Below are positions 27,908-30,197 of a stretch of DNA of 30,197 nucleotides, piece by piece. The translations under genes and the position numbers were made by a program. The first letter of the stretch is position 1. Each line of letters starts with the position of its first letter. The notes beneath the pieces were generated by a model. It saw nothing but the letters and a program-made list of their open reading frames with translations. It ran no database searches and was not told the origin of the DNA. The DNA is from Candidatus Levyibacteriota bacterium (GTDB taxonomy: Bacteria > Patescibacteriota > Microgenomatia > Levybacterales > UBA12049), in contig JACOXV010000018.1 of the NCBI GenBank assembly GCA_016182225.1, positions 1 to 30,197 on the forward strand, written 5' to 3'.

Positions 27908-27916
27908 TGTTAGGCG

Positions 27917-28057
27917 CTAGGCTTCCATATCGTAGTAGTCCAGATCGTGGTTTTCGTCTTCCATGAAGGGCGCAACCGCGATGACAAACGCGAACACCGC
28001 TCCATAGATAGCGCTGACGATTCCGAAGATGATGATAGCGAGCCTTCGATAGTTCAC
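27917..28057 (-). CDS. 46-aa single-TM microprotein (not in ORF track)
   Basis: GGGAGG-5-GTG; MNYRRLAIIIFGIVSAIYGAVFAFVIAVAPFMEDENHDLDYYDMEA. Confidence 0.65.
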   Translation of the reverse strand: MNYRRLAIIIFGIVSAIYGAVFAFVIAVAPFMEDENHDLDYYDMEA

Positions 28058-28134
28058 GACATCCTCCCTAGTTGGACAGTAGCGAGAAGACGATCATCGT
28101 CAAAAACACTACCACCTGGTAGCCTAATCATGAC

Positions 28135-28257
28135 TTATGAATTCTTGCTCCTGCGCAGTCTCGCCACGGCAGAGCCGATGGTCACGAGAGCGATGAGACC
28201 GATGAACGCGATTGCGTCAACGTTCATCGAGAACTCGAGCTGAGACAGACCAAACAA
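28135..28257 (-). CDS. 40-aa single-TM microprotein (not in ORF track)
   Basis: GGAGGAG-6-TTG, 2 nt after the upstream stop; MFGLSQLEFSMNVDAIAFIGLIALVTIGSAVARLRRSKNS. Confidence 0.6.
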   Translation of the reverse strand: MFGLSQLEFSMNVDAIAFIGLIALVTIGSAVARLRRSKNS

Positions 28258-28259
28258 CT

Positions 28260-28502
28260 CTAGCTCCTCCCTCTAGCACTCTTAGACTGGGAAGTTTCCA
28301 ACTCCTGCCGGCGGCGTTCGCTACGATACCCCTCGTACATGAGGAGCAAACCGACAGAAAGAAGAGTTACCCCCAGAATGATTCCCTGTACGATTCCGTG
28401 GTTTGGAAGAGTATTCCATACCAGGGCCAGGGTCACGATGGCGATGGTCAACGCCACCGACAGCGGCGGTCCGTTGAAGACCTCCTCCAAGAACGAGTAC
28501 AT
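28260..28502 (-). CDS. 80-aa two-TM protein
   Basis: GAGGAG SD abutting the upstream stop; two hydrophobic helices and a basic tail. Confidence 0.7.
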   Translation of the reverse strand: MYSFLEEVFNGPPLSVALTIAIVTLALVWNTLPNHGIVQGIILGVTLLSVGLLLMYEGYRSERRRQELETSQSKSARGRS

Positions 28503-28508
28503 CGGGTC

Positions 28509-28637
28509 TTACTCCTCTGTACTCTCAAGCGGCGAATCAGCAGATGTTGAAACCTGCCAATCGTCTGCGAGAGCCGCGAGCACAGCCACAATCGCTATGG
28601 CAAATATGATCGCGACCATGACCCACGATGGAAGCAT
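28509..28637 (-). CDS. 42-aa single-TM microprotein (not in ORF track)
   Basis: GGAGGAGG-4-ATG; MLPSWVMVAIIFAIAIVAVLAALADDWQVSTSADSPLESTEE. Confidence 0.65.
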   Translation of the reverse strand: MLPSWVMVAIIFAIAIVAVLAALADDWQVSTSADSPLESTEE

Positions 28638-28694
28638 GTATCCTCCTCCAGACTAAACCTTGACCGGATTGATTTCGGGATCTACCCGATACGA

Positions 28695-29027
28695 TCAGCC
28701 GATAGGCTTGTCCCTTTGGATTGGGTCAAAGAGCGCCCACTTGAACGCCTTAAAACCCATTCCGATCAAGGTGATAATCAAACACACCAGTAAGATATGC
28801 AGCTCGTTGAGCACTATTCCTTTGGTAAGGAACCACAACGACGCTACGATTATCGGCGTACTGATCAGTAGATAGACGATGAGAGCGAACCATCGAAAGA
28901 TTCGTCTCTCCAGTAGAGATTTTGTCTCTAACCTGTACGGAAACGCCGCAAGAAGGATACCTCCAAGGATCAGAGTTGCCAACGTGGAAAAGACGAGCTT
29001 TTGCAGCGTCATTTCATTACCCGACAT
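28695..29027 (-). CDS. 110-aa three-TM protein
   Basis: AGGAG-6-ATG; three hydrophobic helices. Confidence 0.7.
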   Translation of the reverse strand: MSGNEMTLQKLVFSTLATLILGGILLAAFPYRLETKSLLERRIFRWFALIVYLLISTPIIVASLWFLTKGIVLNELHILLVCLIITLIGMGFKAFKWALFDPIQRDKPIG

Positions 29028-29275
29028 CTTCTTCTCCTATTTTTTCTTTTCTCTTCCCTTGTCAAAGAACCAGACTTCGCTGAAGCTTCGATTGGCAGGA
29101 AACCCGCTGTTTCAAACGCATCTTAGAAATCTGTTCACCCTTCCGAAGCCTTTCGACGTAGGAGGGTCAAAGAACATGTCCCAGAAAGGGCCGTTCATCT
29201 GACAAGTCAGAGTTTTTCGAGTCCGCAATTGGACACGCTACAGCACCCTGGAACCAAACGATTTTATCACTTGAA

Positions 29276-29336
29276 CTTGCCTTTTTAAACCACTTTTTAC
29301 TTAGTCGCGTTCGACGCAATGGTCTAAAAAGGCAAG
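29276..29336. repeat. Inverted repeat, 15-bp arms with 1 mismatch
   Basis: CTTGCCTTTTTAAAC (29276-90) / GTCTAAAAAGGCAAG (29322-36), extendable 2 bp inward. Confidence 0.75.
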
Positions 29337-29363
29337 GCTATCGGTAGAGTTTACGTCCCGGAG

Positions 29364-29455
29364 GGGACAATAAGACTCATTTTTATGAGCCCGCCTTATC
29401 CCTATCATAGGGACAATAAGACTCATTTTTATGAGCCCGCCTTATCCCTATCATA
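29364..29455. repeat. Exact 46-bp tandem duplication
   Basis: GGGACAATAAGACTCATTTTTATGAGCCCGCCTTATCCCTATCATA at 29364-29409 and 29410-29455. Confidence 0.95.
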
Positions 29456-29469
29456 AGACACTCCTTTCT

Positions 29470-29486
29470 TCGGCTTCGTGAGCCGA
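29470..29486 (-). terminator. Hairpin directly after the 142-aa gene
   Basis: TCGGCT/AGCCGA 6-bp stem, 5-nt loop; no U tract on the minus strand. Confidence 0.3.
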
Positions 29487-29488
29487 TA

Positions 29489-29917
29489 TTAGACCCAGAG
29501 AACTGGGTCTTGGAAGATCCACCACGCCATGAAGGCGTAGATAAGAAGACCTATCGCCGTGCCTCCTACTGCGAGTAGCAGATAGAACGCACGATCCTTT
29601 CGATCGACTGCCGCTAGGTATCCTGCCATGGGACTAATCACAAGCATGAATGCGCCGGCGATCACGATCCAAACTCGCAGGTTCAGGTCGAAGTGAACCT
29701 GATCCAAGCTGAAATTCCGGAGGAACGTGAGGAACGCCCAAATTATTCCTGCCACCATGAAGACTGTTCCCGAGACGAATAAGGCCGCCCCAAGAGCAAA
29801 ACGAGCTCTCGACATCGAAGCCCGACGAACCCGCAGAAAAGTGAAGCCGATGATTGAACTGATGGCTGCGATCACGATCATCTCCGCCGGAGAGATACTC
29901 AGCGTTTCTTCAAACAC
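29489..29917 (-). CDS. 142-aa four-TM protein
   Basis: GTG start after a purine-rich leader; four hydrophobic helices. Confidence 0.75.
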   Translation of the reverse strand: MFEETLSISPAEMIVIAAISSIIGFTFLRVRRASMSRARFALGAALFVSGTVFMVAGIIWAFLTFLRNFSLDQVHFDLNLRVWIVIAGAFMLVISPMAGYLAAVDRKDRAFYLLLAVGGTAIGLLIYAFMAWWIFQDPVLWV

Positions 29918-29957
29918 AACCTATTCCCTTTCTCCCGGTTCTACCGAGTGTTCTCGA

Positions 29958-30149
29958 CTATTTGTCAAAGAAGAAATCCAAGACTCTCCCAACGCCTATC
30001 ACGACGACGAAGAGTCCGATCGACGCGAAGATGACGAGTGCGCCGACGTAGAAGTCAGTAACGACGAACTCGTCTGCGAATTGATACCACCAGTATGAGA
30101 CGGCAAGGCAGATTCCGAAAATCGCCAGCCAGGCAAGAAAACTTTTCAC
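29958..30149 (-). CDS. 63-aa two-TM protein
   Basis: AAGGGAG-7-GTG; two hydrophobic helices. Confidence 0.7.
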   Translation of the reverse strand: MKSFLAWLAIFGICLAVSYWWYQFADEFVVTDFYVGALVIFASIGLFVVVIGVGRVLDFFFDK

Positions 30150-30197
30150 AGTGTATCTCCCTTTCTTACTTTTACCGATAGCCTGTCAAAGTGCCAA

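Larger units (their letters stand above)
27900..30197. mobile_element. Putative GC-rich genomic islet, open at the right edge
   Basis: Counted lines 48-58% GC versus 28-32% in nearby host lines; C-ending codons; SD-led orphan genes. No mobility gene visible. Confidence 0.5.

Noticed and set aside
27829-27915. Possible integron attC: GCCTAAC (RYYYAAC) right after the last islet stop, GGCGTT 87 bp later
   Set aside because: R' reads GTTTTCT rather than GTTRRRY, the L boxes do not pair, and the other islet genes are too tightly packed to carry attC sites.
28650-29198. UGA recoding in the islet: reading through TGA at 28695 and in a 29198-start ORF ends at TAGs next to the following SD
   Set aside because: A 13-codon extension is common by chance at this GC, the 29198 ORF has no SD, Trp is encoded by TGG, a GTGA overlap uses TGA as a stop, and host genes end in TGA.
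29221-29242. TGTAGCGTGTCC... on the minus strand resembling an IS terminal repeat
   Set aside because: No partner inverted repeat and no transposase in the window.
29364-29455. CRISPR array
   Set aside because: Two adjacent copies with no spacer and no cas genes.
27947-30098. Plus-strand ORFs in the islet (27947, 28212, 28339, 28660, 28879, 29727)
   Set aside because: Antisense shadows of SD-led hydrophobic minus-strand genes; no RBS and no protein-like signal.
29335-30184. 12-bp inverted repeat AGGCTATCGGTA (29335-46 / 30173-84) bracketing two genes
   Set aside because: Does not extend; a 12-bp match in about 2.3 kb has a chance expectation of roughly 0.3, and no invertase is visible.

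Overview
About 27.8 kb of AT-rich (roughly 30-37% GC in hand-counted lines) chromosomal housekeeping DNA, followed by a compositionally distinct ~2.3 kb segment running to the window edge. The housekeeping part carries yebC, a RluA-family synthase, efp, pepA, tRNA-Leu(CAA), dsbB, dnaB, an M24 aminopeptidase, hisS, alr, rpmE-prfA, a CPA2 antiporter, murB, htrA, ctpA and rpsF-ssb-rpsR. Short RF1, extended L31, degenerate Lgt/MBL homologues and mostly SD-less genes suggest Patescibacteria, probably Microgenomates (inference). From ~27,900 the DNA is about 48-58% GC in four counted lines and encodes only small hydrophobic proteins on the minus strand: seven membrane ORFs of 40-142 aa, three missing from the ORF track, nearly all with strong Shine-Dalgarno sites. 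It also has a hairpin cluster at its left edge and a structured non-coding stretch with an exact 46-bp tandem duplication. This segment is the best candidate for an undescribed system, but no integrase or replication gene is visible and misassembly cannot be excluded. Other notable items: an inverted heptamer-repeat hairpin between ssb and rpsR, a Nudix gene with its catalytic box deleted, widespread near-leaderless promoters, and two small host genes with near-perfect extended SD sites. No CRISPR array, rRNA or transposase was found.
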